NCBI RefSeq assembly: GCF_009914755.1
Contig: NC_060933.1
Length of the DNA: 64,000 nucleotides
DNA from: the human T2T-CHM13v2.0 reference genome, Homo sapiens
Direction: 5' to 3' (one strand)
In this document: positions 43,350 through 57,019 of the stretch, piece by piece
Layout: every line of letters begins with the position of its first letter
Numbering within the stretch: position 1 is the first letter of the stretch
The notes under the pieces: model-generated
Databases searched by the model: none
Told to the model about the DNA's origin: nothing
Seen by the model: the letters and a program-made list of their open reading frames with translations, nothing else
Position numbers and translations under genes: made by a program

Positions 43350-46200
43350 GTACTCGGGTTGATTCCATTCCATTGCATTCCATTCCATTCCATTTCATTC
43401 CATTCCATTCCTTTCCATTCCATTCCATTCCATTCCATTCCATTCCATTCCATTGCAATCGAGTTGATTCCATTCCATTCCTTTCCATTCCATTCCATTG
43501 CCTTGCATTCCACTCGGGTTGATTCCATTCCCTTCTTTCCACTCCATTACATTCCCTTCCATTCCACTCGGAATGATTGATTCCATTCCATTCCATTCCA
43601 TTTCATTCCATTGCAGTCCATTCCAATCCATTCCATTCCATTCCATTCCACTCGAGTTGATTTCATTCCATTCCTTTCCATTCCATTCCATTCCTTTCCA
43701 CTCGAGTTGATTCCATTCCATTCCATTCCATTGCATTCCATTCCATGCCATTCCACTCGGGTTGATTCCATTCCTTTGCATTCCATTCCATTCCATTCCA
43801 TTCCATTCCATTCCATTCCATTCCGTTGCATTCCATTCCATTACATTCGGATTGATTCTTTTCAAATCCCTTACTCTCCATTATATTCCATTCCATTCTG
43901 GTTGTTCCATTCCATTCCATTCCATTCCACTCCATTCCATTGCACTCGGGTTGATTCCATTCCATTCCATTCCATTCCATTCCATTCCATTCCGGATGAT
44001 TCCATTCCATTGCATTCCATTCCATTACATTCCCCTGCACTCGCGTTGATTCCATTCCATTCCACTCCATTCCATTCAATTCCATTCCATTACAATTCGT
44101 TCCATTCCATTCTATTCCGTACCATTCCATTCCATTTCATACCATTCCATTCCGTTCCATTCCATTCCATTCCATTCTATTCGGGTTAATTCCATTCCAT
44201 TCCATTCCATTCCATTCTATTCCATTCCATTGCAATCGTGTTGAATCCATTGCATTTCATTCCATTCCATTCCATTCCATTCCATTCCGCAAAATTCCAT
44301 TCCATTGCATTCCATTCCATTCCATTCCCCTGCACTCGCGTTGATTCCATTCCATTCCATTCCATTCCATTCCGTTCCGTTCCTTTCCATTCCATTCCTT
44401 TCCATTCCATTCCATTCCATTCCATTCCGTTCCATTCCATTCCATTCCATTCTATTCGGGTTAATTCCATTCCATTCCATTCTATTGCAATCGTGTTGAT
44501 TCCAATCCGTTCCATTCCATTCCATTCCATTCCATTCCATTCCATTCCTTTCCATTCCATTACGGATGATTCCATTCAATTGCAATGCATTCCATTCCAT
44601 TCCCCTGTACTCGGGTTGATTCCATTCCATTGCATTCCAATCCATGCCCTTCCACTCGTGTTGATTCCATTCTTTCCATTCCATTCAAGTTGAATCCATT
44701 CCATTGCATTCCATTCCATTCGATTCCATTCGATTGCACTCGGGTTGATTCCATTCCATTGCATTCCATTCCATTCCATTCCATTCCATTCCATTCCATT
44801 CCGTTCCACTCCATTCCATTACATTCGGATTGATTCTATTCAATTCCCTTACACTCCATTACATTCCATTCCATTCGGGTAGTTTCCATTCCATTCCATT
44901 CCATTCCTCTCCATTCCATTGCACTCGGGTTGATTCCATTCCATTGCATTCCATTCCATTCCATTCAATTCCATTCCGTTCAATTCCATTCCATTACATT
45001 CGGATTGATTCTATTCAACTCCCTTACTCTCCGTTACATTCCATTCCATTCGGGTTGTTCCATTCCATTCCATTCGATTCCACTCCATTCCATTGCACTC
45101 GGGTTGATTCCATTCCATTCCATTCCATTCCGGATGATTCCATTCCATTGCATTCCGTTCCATTACATTCCCCTGCACTCGCGTTGATTCCATTCCATTC
45201 CATTCCATTCCATTCCATTCAATTCCATTCCATTACAATTCGTTCCATTCCATTCTATTCCGTACCATTCCATTCCATTCCATACCATTCCATTCCATTC
45301 CATTCCATTCCGTTCCATTCCGTTCCATTCCATTCCATTCCATTCTATTCGGGTTAATTCCATTCCATTCCATTCCATTCCATTCCATTCCATTCCATTC
45401 TATTCCATTCCATTGCAATCGAGTTGAATCCATTGCATTTCATTCCATTCCATTCCATTCCATTCCGGAAGATTCCATTCCATTGCATTCCATTCCATTC
45501 CATTCCCCTGCACTCGCGTTGATTCCATTCCATTCCATTCCATTACATTCCGTTCCGTTCCGTTCCATTCCATTCCATTCCATTCCATTCCTTTCCATTC
45601 CGTTCCGTTCCATTCCATTCCATTCCATTCTATTCGGGTTAATTCCATTCCATTCCACTCCATTCGATTGCAATCGAGTTGACTCCATTCCATTCCATTC
45701 CATTCCATTCCATTCCGTTCCGTTCCATTCCATTCCATTCCATTCCATTCTATTCGGGTTAATTCCATTCCATTCCATTCGATTGCAATCGAGTTGATTC
45801 CATTCCATTCCATTCCATTCCATTCCATTCCATTCCATTCCTTTCCATTCCTTTCCATTCCATTACGGATGATTCCATTCCATTGCATTCCATTCCATTC
45901 CATTCCCCTGTACTCGGGTTGATTCCATTCCATCCATTCCAATCCATGCCATTCCACTCGTGTTGATTCCATTCTTTCCATTCCATTCAAGTTGAATCCA
46001 TTCCATTGTATTCCATTCCATTCGATTCCATTCGATTGCACTCGGGTTGATTCCATTGCATTTCATTACATTCAGATTGATTCTATTCAATTCCGTTACA
46101 CTCCATTATATTCCAATCCATTCTGGTTGTTTCCATTCCATTCCATTCCATTTCACTCCATTCCATTGCATTCGGGTTGATTCCATTCCATTCCATTCCA
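43350..46200 (+). repeat. Block X (about 2.85 kb); full second copy at about 47940-50690, partial third copy at about 61140-62400
   Basis: Private variants CAAATCCC (~43863, ~48453, ~61644), TTCCGCAAAATTCC (~44285, ~48895, 62071), CAATTGCAATGC (~44577, ~49177, ~62363) and CATCCATTCCAATCC (45931, 50406). ORF offsets are 4590-4610, then 4475. Confidence 0.93.
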
Positions 46201-46204
46201 TTGC

Positions 46205-49200
46205 ATTCCATTTCATTCCATTCCGGATGATTCCATTCCATTGCATTCCGTTCCATTACATTCCCCTGCACTCGGGTTGATTCCTTTCCATTCCATTCCA
46301 TTCCATTCCATTCGATTCCATTCCATTCCCCTGCACTCGCGTTGATTCCATTCCATTCCATTCCATTCCATTCCATTCTATTCCATTCCTTTCCGTTCCA
46401 TTCCATTCTATTCCATTCCATTCCGTTCCGTTCCATTCCATTCCATTCCATTCTATTCGGGTTAATTCCATTCCATTCCATTCGATTGCAATCGAGTTGA
46501 TTCCATTCCATTCCATTCCATTCCATTCCATTCCATTCCATTCCTTTCCATTCCATTACGGATGATTCCATTCCATTGCATTCCATTCCATTCCATTCCC
46601 CTGTACTCGGGTTGATTCCATTCCTTTCCATTCCAATCCATGCCATTCCACTCGTGTTGATTCCATTCTTTCCTTTCCATTCAAGTTGAATCCATTCCAT
46701 TGCATTCCATTCCATTCGATTGCATTCGATTGCACTCGGGTTGATTCCATTCCATTGCATTCCATTCCATTCCATTCCATTCCATTCCATTCCGTTCCAT
46801 TCCATTTCATTACATTCAGATTGATTCTATTCAATTCCCTTACACTCCATTATATTCCAATCCATTCTGGTTGTTTCCATTCCATTCCATTCCATTTCAC
46901 TCCATTCAATTGCACTCGGGTTGATTCCATTCCATTCCATTCCATTCCATTCCATTCCATTCCATTCCGGATGATTCCATTCCATTGCATTCCATTCCAT
47001 TCCATTCCCCTGCACTCGGGTTGATTCCATTCCATTCCATTAAATTACATTCCGTTCCATTACATTCCATTCCATTCGGATTGATTCTATTCAATTCCCT
47101 TACACTTCATTACATTCCATTCCATTTGGGTAGTTTCCATTCCATTCCATTCCATTCCTCTCTATTCCATTGCACTCGGTTTGATTCCATTCCATTCCAT
47201 TCCATTCCATTCCATTCCATTCCATTCCATTCCATTCCTTTCCATTCCATTCCATTCCATTGTACTCGGGTTGATTCCATTCCATTGCATTCCATTCCAT
47301 TCCATTCCATTCCGTTCCATTCCATTCCATTACATTCGGATTGATTCTATTCAACTCCCTTACTCTCCATTGCATTCGATTCCATTCGGGTTGTTCCATT
47401 CCATTCCATTCCATTCCACTCCATTCCATTGCACTCGGGTTTATTCCATTCCATTCCATTCCATTCCGGAAGATTCCATTCCATTTCATTCCATTACATT
47501 CCATTCCCCTGCACTCGCGTTGATTCCATTCCATTCCATTCCATTCCAATCCATTCCATTCCATTCCATTCCATTCCATTCCATTCCATTCCTTTCCGTT
47601 CCATTCCATTCCATTCCATTCCATTCCATTCCATTCCGTTCCGTTCCGTTCCATTCCATTCCATTCAATTCTATTCGGGTTAATTCCATTCCATTCCATT
47701 CGATTGCAATCGAGTTGATTCCGTTCCATTCCATTCCATTCCATTCCATTCCATTCCTTTCCATTCCATTACGGATGATTCCATTCCATTGCATTCCATT
47801 CCATTCCCCTGTACTCGGGTTGATTCCATTCCATTCCATTCCAATCCATGCCATTCCACTCGTGTTGATTCCATTCTTTCCATTCCATTCAAGTTGAATC
47901 CATTCCATTGCATTCCATTCCATTCAATTCCATTCGATTGCACTCGGGTTGATTCCATTCCATTGCATTCCATTCCATTCAATTTCATTTCATTCCATTC
48001 CATTCCTTTCCATTCCTTTCCATTCCATTCCATTCCATTCCATTGCAATCGAGTTGATTCCATTCCATTCCTTTCCATTCCATTCCATTGCCTTGTATTC
48101 CACTCGGGTTGATTCCATTCCCTTCTTTCCACTCCATTACATTCCCTTCCATTCCACTCGGAATGATTGATTCCATTCCATTCCATTCCATTTCATTGCA
48201 TTGCAATCCATTCCAATCCATTCCATTCCATTCCATTCCACTCGAGGTGATTTCATTCCATTCCTTTCCATTCCATTCCATTCCTTTCCACTCGAGTTGA
48301 TTCCATTCCATTCCATTCCATTGCATTCCATTCCATGCCATTCCACTCGGGTTGATTCCATTCCTTTGCATTCCATTCCATTCCATTCCATTCCATTCCA
48401 TTCCATTCCATTCCGTTGCATTCCATTCCATTACATTCGGATTGATTCTATTCAAATCCCTTACTCTCCATTATATTCCATTCCATTCTGGTTGTTCCAT
48501 TCCATTCCATTCCATTCCACTCCATTCCATTGCACTCGGGTTGATTCCATTCCATTCCATTCCATTCCATTCCATTCCATTCCATTCCGGATGATTCCAT
48601 TCCATTGCATTCCATTCCATTACATTCCCCTGCACTCACGTTGATTCCATTCCATTCCACTCCATTCCATTCAATTCCATTCCATTACAATTCGTTCCAT
48701 TCCATTCTATTCCGTACCATTCCATTCCATTTCATACCATTCCATTCCGTTCCATTCCATTCCATTCCATTCTATTCGGGTTAATTCCATTCCATTCCAT
48801 TCCATTCCATTCCATTCCATTCCATTCTATTCCATTCCATTGCAATCGTGTTGAATCCATTGCATTTCATTCCATTCCATTCCATTCCATTCCATTCCGC
48901 AAAATTCCATTCCATTGCATTCCATTCCATTCCATTCCCCTGCACTCGCGTTGATTCCATTCCATTCCATTCCATTCCATTCCGTTCCGTTCCTTTCCAT
49001 TCCATTCCTTTCCATTCCATTCCATTCCATTCCATTCCGTTCCATTCCATTCCATTCTATTCGGGTTAATTCCATTCCATTCCATTCTATTGCAATCGTG
49101 TTGATTCCAATCCGTTCCATTCCATTCCATTCCATTCCATTCCATTCCTTTCCATTCCATTACGGATGATTCCATTCAATTGCAATGCATTCCATTCCAT

Positions 49201-49220
49201 TCCCCTGTACTCGGGTTGAT
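46205..49220 (+). repeat. About 3 kb Y-X segment duplicated at about 59410-62400 (offset about 13.2 kb)
   Basis: ORF pairs 47341/60547, 47789/60990, 48088/61279 and 48848/62024 have near-identical translations at offsets 13176-13206. Confidence 0.9.
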
Positions 49221-50690
49221 TCCATTCCATTGCATTCCAATCCATGCCCTTCCACTTGTGTTGATTCCATTCTTTCCATTCCATTCAAGTTGAATCCATT
49301 CCATTGCATTCCATTCCATTCGATTCCATTCGATTGCACTCGGGTTGACTCCATTCCATTGCATTCCATTCCATTCCATTCCATTCCATTCCATTCCATT
49401 CCGTTCCATTCCATTCCATTACATTCGGATTGATTCTATTCAATTCCCTTACACTCCATTACATTCCATTCCATTCGGGTAGTTTCCATTCCATTCCATT
49501 CCATTCCTCTCCATTCCATTGCACTCGGGTTGATTCCATTCCATTGCATTCCATTCCATTCCATTCAATTCCATTCCGTTCAATTCCATTCCATTACATT
49601 CGGATTGATTCTATTCAACTCCCTTACTCTCCGTTACATTCCATTCCATTCGGGTTGTTCCATTCCATTCCATTCGATTCCACTCCATTCCATTGCACTC
49701 GGGTTGATTCCATTCCATTCCATTCCATTCCGGATGATTCCATTCCATTGCATTCCGTTCCATTACATTCCCCTGCACTCGCGTTGATTCCATTCCATTC
49801 CATTCCATTCCATTCCATTCAATTCCATTCCATTACAATTCGTTCCATTCCATTCTATTCCGTACCATTCCATTCCATTCCATACCATTCCATTCCATTC
49901 CATTCCATTCCATTCCGTTCCATTCCGTTCCATTCCATTCCATTCCATTCTATTCGGGTTAATTCCATTCCATTCCATTCCATTCCATTCCATTCTATTC
50001 CATTCCATTGCAATCGAGTTGAATCCATTGCATTTCATTCCATTCCATTCCATTCCATTCCGGAAGATTCCATTCCATTGCATTCCATTCCATTCCATTC
50101 GCCTGCACTCGCGTTGATTCCATTCCATTCCATTCCATTACATTCCGTTCCGTTCCGTTCCATTCCATTCCATTCCATTCCATTCCATTCCAATCCATTC
50201 CGTTCCATTCCATTCCATTCCATTCCATTCTATTCGGGTTAATTCCATTCCATTCCACTCCATTCGTTTGCAATCGAGTTGATTCCATTCCATTCCATTC
50301 CATTCCATTCCATTCCATTCCATTCCTTTCCATTCGATTACGGATGATTCCATTCCATTGCATTCCATTCCATTCCATTCCGCTGTACTCGGGTTGATTC
50401 CATTCCATCCATTCCAATCCATGCCATTCCACTCGTGTTGATTCCATTCTTTCCATTCCATTCAAGTTGAATCCATTCCATTGCATTCCATTCCATTCGA
50501 TTCCATTCGATTGCACTCTGGTTGATTCCATTGCATTTCATTACATTCAGATTGATTCTATTCAATTCCGTTACACTCCATTATATTCCAATCCATTCTG
50601 GTTGTTTCCATTCCATTCCATTCCATTTCACTCCATTCCATTGCATTCGGGTTGATTCCATTCCATTCCATTCCATTGCATTGCATTCCA
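47940..50690 (+). repeat. Block X, second copy
   Basis: Identical or near-identical ORF translations 44930/49530, 45011/49611 and 45992/50467. Confidence 0.92.
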
Positions 50691-53600
50691 TTCCACTCCG
50701 GATGATTCCATTCCATTGCATTCCATTCCATTCCCTTCCCCTGCACTCGGGTTGATTCCATTCCATTCCATTCCATTACATTCCGTTCCATTCCATTCCA
50801 TTCCATTTGGATTGATTCTATTCAATTCCCTTACACTCCATTACATTCCATTCCATTTGGGTAGATTCCATTCCATTCCATTCCATTCCTCTCCATTCCA
50901 TTGCACTCGGGTTGATTCCATTCCATTCCATTCCATTCCATTCCATTCCATTCCATTACATTACATTACATTACATTCCATTCCATTGTACTCGGGTTGA
51001 TTCCATTCCATTGCATTCCATTCCATTCCATTCCATTCCATTTCATTCCATTCCGTTCCATTCCATTCCATTCCGTTCCATTCCATTACATTCGGATTGA
51101 TTCTATTCAACTCCCTTACTCTCCATTACATTCCATTCCATTCGGGTTGTTCCATTCCATTCTATTCCATTCCACTCCATTCCATTGCACTCGGGTTGAT
51201 TCCATTCCATTCCATTCCATTCCATTCCATTCCATTCCATTCCATTCCGGATGATTCCATTCCATTGCATTCCGTTCCATTACATTCCCCTGCACTCGGG
51301 TTGATTCCATTCCATTCCATTCCATTCCATTCGATTACATTCCATTCCAATTCATACCATTCCATTCTATTCCGTACCATTCCATTCCATTCCATACAAT
51401 TCCATTCCATTCCATTCCACTCCGTTCCGTTCCGTTCCGTTCCGTTCCGTTCCATTCCATTCCATTCCATTATATTCGGTTTAATTCCATTCCATTCCAT
51501 TCCATTCCATTCTATTCCATTAAATTGCAATCGAGTTGAATCCATTGCATTCCATTCCATTCCATTCCATTCCATTCCGGAAGATTCCATTCCATTGCAT
51601 TCCATTCCATTCCATTCCGTTCCATTCCATTCCATTCCATTCCATTGTACTCGGGTTGATTCCATTCCATTGCATTCCATTCCATTCCATTCCATTCCAT
51701 TAAATTCCGTTCCATTCCATTCCATTACATTCGGATTGATTCTTTTCAACTCCCTTACTCTCCATTACATTCCATTCCATTCGGGTTGTTCCATTCCATT
51801 CCATTCCATTCCACTCCATTCCATTGCACTCGGGTTGATTCCATTCCATTCCATTCCATTCCATTCCGGATGATTCCATTCCATTGCATTCCGTTCCATT
51901 ACATTCCCCTGCACTCGGGTTGATTCCATTCCATTCCTTTCCATTCCATTCGATTCCATTCCATTCCCCTGCACTCGCGTTGATTCCATTCCATTCCATT
52001 CCATTCCATTCCATTCCATTCCATTCCTTTCCGTTCCATGCCATTCCATTCCATTCCATTCCGTTCCGTTCCATTCCATTCCATTCCATTCTATTCGGGT
52101 TAATTCCATTCCATTCCATTCGATTGCAATCGATTTGATTCCATTCCATTCCATTCCATTCCATTCCATTCCAGTCCTTTCCATTCCTTTCCATTCCATT
52201 ACTGATGATTCCATTCCATTGCATTCCATTCCATTCCATTCCCCTGTACTCGGGTTGATTCCATTCCATTCCATTCCAATCCATGCCATTCCACTCGTGT
52301 TGATTCCATTCTTTTTTTTCCATTCAAGCTTAATCCATTCCATTGCATTCCATTCCATTCGATTCCATTCGTTTGCACTCCGGTTGATTCCATTCCATTG
52401 CATTCCATTCCATTCCATTCCATTCCATTCCATTCCATTCCGTTCCGTTCCATTCCATTCCATTACATTCGGATTGATTTTATTCAATTCCCTTACACTC
52501 CATTACATTCCATTCCATTCGGGTAGTTTCCATTCCATTCCATTCCATTCCTCTCCATTCCATTGCACTCGGGTTGAATCCATTCCATTGCATTCCATTC
52601 CATTCCATTCAATTCCATTCCGTTCCATTCCATTCCATTACATTCGGATTGATTCTATTCAACTCCCTTACTCTCCATTACATTCCATTCCATTCGGGTT
52701 GTTCCTTTCCATTCCATTCCATTCCACTCCATTCCATTGCACTCGGGTTGATTCCATTCCATTCCATTCCATTACATTACATTCCATTCCATTCCGGAAG
52801 ATTCAATTCCATTGCATTCCATTCCATTCCATTCCCCTGCACTTGCGTTGATTCCATTCCATTCCATTCTATTCCATTCCATTCCCTTCCTTTCCGTTCC
52901 ATTCCATTCGATTCCATTCCATTCCATTCCATTCCATTCCGTTCCGTTCCATTCCATTCCATTCCATTCTATTCGGTTAATTCCATTCCATTCCATTCGA
53001 TTGCAATCGAGTTGATTCCATTCCATTCCATTCCATTCCTTTCCATTCCATTACGGATGATTCCATTCCATTGCATTCCATTCCATTCCATTCCCCTGTA
53101 CTCGGGTTGATTCCATTCCATTCCATTCCAATCCATGCCATTCCACTCGTGTTGATTCCATTCTTTCCATTCCATTCAAGTTGAATCCATTCCATTGCAT
53201 TCCATTCCATTCGATTCCATTCGATTGCTCTCGGGTTGTTTCCATTCCATTGCATTCCATTCCATTCCATTCCATTCCATTCCATTCCATTCCATCCCAT
53301 TCCATTCCGTTCCATTCCATTTCATTACTTTCAGATTTATTCTATTCAATTCCCTTACACTCCATTATATTCCAATCCATTCTGGTTGTTTCCATTCCAT
53401 TTCATTCCATTTCACTCCATTGCATTGCACTCGGGTTGATTCCATTCCATTCCATTCCATTGCATTCCATTCCATTCCATTCCGGATGATTCCATTCCAT
53501 TGCATTCCATTCCATTCCATTCCCCTGCACTCGGGTTGATTCCATTCCATTCCATTCCATTCCATTCCGTTCCATTCCATTCCATTCCATTCGGATTGAT

Positions 53601-56600
53601 TCTATTCAATTCCCTTACACTCCATTATATTCCATTCCATTGGGGTAGTTTCCATTCCATTCCATTCCATTCCTCTCCATTCCATTGCACTCGGGTTGAT
53701 TCCATTCCATTCCATTCCATTCCATTCCATTCCATTACATTACCTGCCATTCCATTCCGTTCCATTGCTCTCGGGTTGATTCCATTCCATTGCATTCCAT
53801 TCCATTCCATTCCATTCCATTCCTTTCCATTCCTTTCAATTCCATTCCATTACATTCGGATTGATTCTATTCAATTCCTTACACTCCATTACATTGTATT
53901 CCATTCGGGTAGTTTCCATTCCATTCCATTCCATTCCTCTCCATTCCATTGCACTCGGGTTGATTCCATTCCATTGCATTCCATTCCATTCCATTCAATT
54001 CCATTCCGTTCCATTCCATTCCATTACATTCGGATTGATTCCATTCAACTCCCTTACTCTCTATTACATTCCATTCCATTCGGTTTGTTCCATTCCATTC
54101 CATTCCATTCCACTCCATTCCACTGCACTCGGGTTGATTCCATTCCATTGCATTCCATTCCATTCCATTCCATTCCGGAACATTCCATTCCATTGCATTC
54201 CATTCCATTCCATTCCCCTGCACTCGCGTTGATTCCATTCCATTCCATTCTATTCCATTCCATTCCCTTCCTTTCCGTTCCATTCCATTCCATTAGATTC
54301 CCTTCCGTTCCATTCCATTCCATTCCATTCCATTCTATTCGGGTTAATTCCATTCCATTCCATTCGATTGCAATCGAGTTGATTCCATTGCATTCCATTC
54401 CATTCCATTCCATTCCATTCCATTCCATTCCATTCCATTCCATTCCGGAAGATTCCATTCCATTGCATTCCATTCCATTCCATTCCATTCCATTCCATTC
54501 CATTGCATTGTACTCGGGTTGATTCCATTCCATTGCATTCCATTCCATTCCATTCCATTCCATTCCATTCCGTTCCATTCCATTCCATTACATTCGGATT
54601 GATTCTTTTCAACTCCCTTACTCTCCACTACATTCCATTCCATTCGGGTTGTTCCATTCCATTCCATTCCATTCCACTCCATTCCATTGCACTCGGGTGG
54701 ATTCCATTCCATTCCATTCCATTCCATTCCATTCCGGATGATTCCATTGCATTGCATTCCGTTCCATTACATTGCCCTGCACTCGGGTTGATTCCATTCC
54801 ATTCCATTCCATTCCATTCGATTCCATTCCATTCCCCTGCACTCGCGTTGATTCCATTCCATTCCATTCCATTCCATTCCATTCCATTCCATTCCATTCC
54901 TTTCCATTCCAGTCCTTTCCATTCCATTCCACTCGGGTTGATTCTATTCTATTTGTTTCCATTCCATTCCATTCCCTTCCATTCTACTCGGGTTGATTCC
55001 ATTCCATTCCATTCCACTCCATTCGGTTCCGTTCCATTCCATTCTATTGCATTCCATTCTATTCGGGTTAATTCCATTCCATTCTATTCCATTCCATTCC
55101 ATTCCATTCCATTGCAATGGAGTTGATTCCATTCCATTCCATTCCATTCCGGATGATTCCATTCCATTGCATTCCATTCCATTCCATTCCCCTGCACTCG
55201 TGTTGATTCCATTCCCTTCCATTCCATTCTATTCCGTTCCATTCCATTCCATTCCATTCCATTCTATTCCGGTTAATTCCATTCCATTCCATTCCATTCC
55301 ATTCCATTCCATTCCATTCCATTGCAATCGAGTTGATTCCACTCCATTCCTTTCCATTCCATTCCATTGCCTTGCATTCCACTCGGGTTGACTCCATTCC
55401 CTTCTTTCCCCTCCATTAGATTCCCTTCCATTCCACTCGGAATGATTGATTCCATTCCATTCCATTCCGTTTCATTCCATTGCAATCCATTCCAATCCAT
55501 TCCATTCCATTCCATTCCACTCGAGTTGACTTCATTCCATTCCTTTCCATTCCATTCCATTCCTTTCCACTCGAGTTGATTCCATTCCATTCCATTCCAT
55601 TGCATTCCATACCATTCCTTTCCCCTGCACTCGGGTTGATTCCATTCCATTCCATTCCATTTAATTCCATTCCATTCCATTCCAATCCGTTCCATTCCAT
55701 TCCATTCTATTCCATTGCAATCGACTTGATTCCATTCCATTCCATTCCATTCCATTCCATTCCATTCCATTCCATTCCATTCCATTTTGCTCCAATCCAT
55801 TCTATTCCGAACCATTCCATTCCATTCCATTTCATTCCATTCCATTCCATTCCATTCCATTTTGTTCCAATCCATTCTATTCCGAACCATTCCATTCCAT
55901 TCCATTCCATTCCATTCCATTCCATGCCATTCCACTCGGGTTGCTTCCATTCCTTTCCATTCCATTCCTCTCCATTCCATTGCACTCGGGTTGATTCCAT
56001 TCCATTGCATTCCATTCCATTCCATTAAATTCCATTCCGTTCCATTCCATTCCATTACATTCGGATTGATTCTATTCAACTCCCTTACTCTCCATTACAT
56101 TCGATTCCATTCGGGTTGTTCCATTCCATTCCATTCCATTCCACTCCATTCCATTGCACTCGGGTTGATTCCATTCCATTCCATTCCATTCCATTCCGGA
56201 AGATTCCGTTCCATTGCATTCCATTACATTCCATTCCCCTGCACTCGCGTTGATTCCATTCCATTCCATTCCATTCCATTCCATTCCGTTCCATTCCATT
56301 CCATTACGTTCCATTCCATTCCGTTCCCCTGCACTCGGGTTGATTCCATTCCATTCCACTCCATTCCGTTCCATTCCATTCCATTCCATTGTATTCGGGT
56401 TAATTCCATTCCATTCCATTCCATTCCATTCCATTCCATTACAATCGAGTTGATTCCATTCCATTCCATTCCATTCCATTCCATTCCAGTCCTTTCCATT
56501 CCATTCCACTCGGGTTGATTCCATTCTATTAGTTTCCATTCCATTCCATTCCCTTCCATTCCACTCTGGTTGATTCCATTCCTTTCCATTCCACTCGAAT

Positions 56601-57019
56601 ACATTCCCTCCTATTCCACTCGGAACGATTCCATTCCATTCCATTCCATTCCATTCCATTCCATTCCATTCCATTCCATTCCATTCCATTACGTTCCATT
56701 CCATTCTATTCCGTATCATTCCATTCCATTCCATTCCATTCCATTCCATTCCATTCCATTCCATTCCATTCGTGTTGATTCCATTCCATTCCATTCCATT
56801 CGTGTTGATTCCATTCCTTTCCATTCCATTCGGTTTGAAGGCATTCCATTCCATTCCATTCCATTCCATTCCATTCCATTGTACTCGGGTTGATTCCATT
56901 CCATTGCATTCCATTACATTCCATTCCATTCCATTTCATTCCGTTGCATTCCATTCCATTCCGGATGATTCCATTCCATTGCATTCCGTTCCATTACATT
57001 CCCCTGCACTCTGGTTGAT

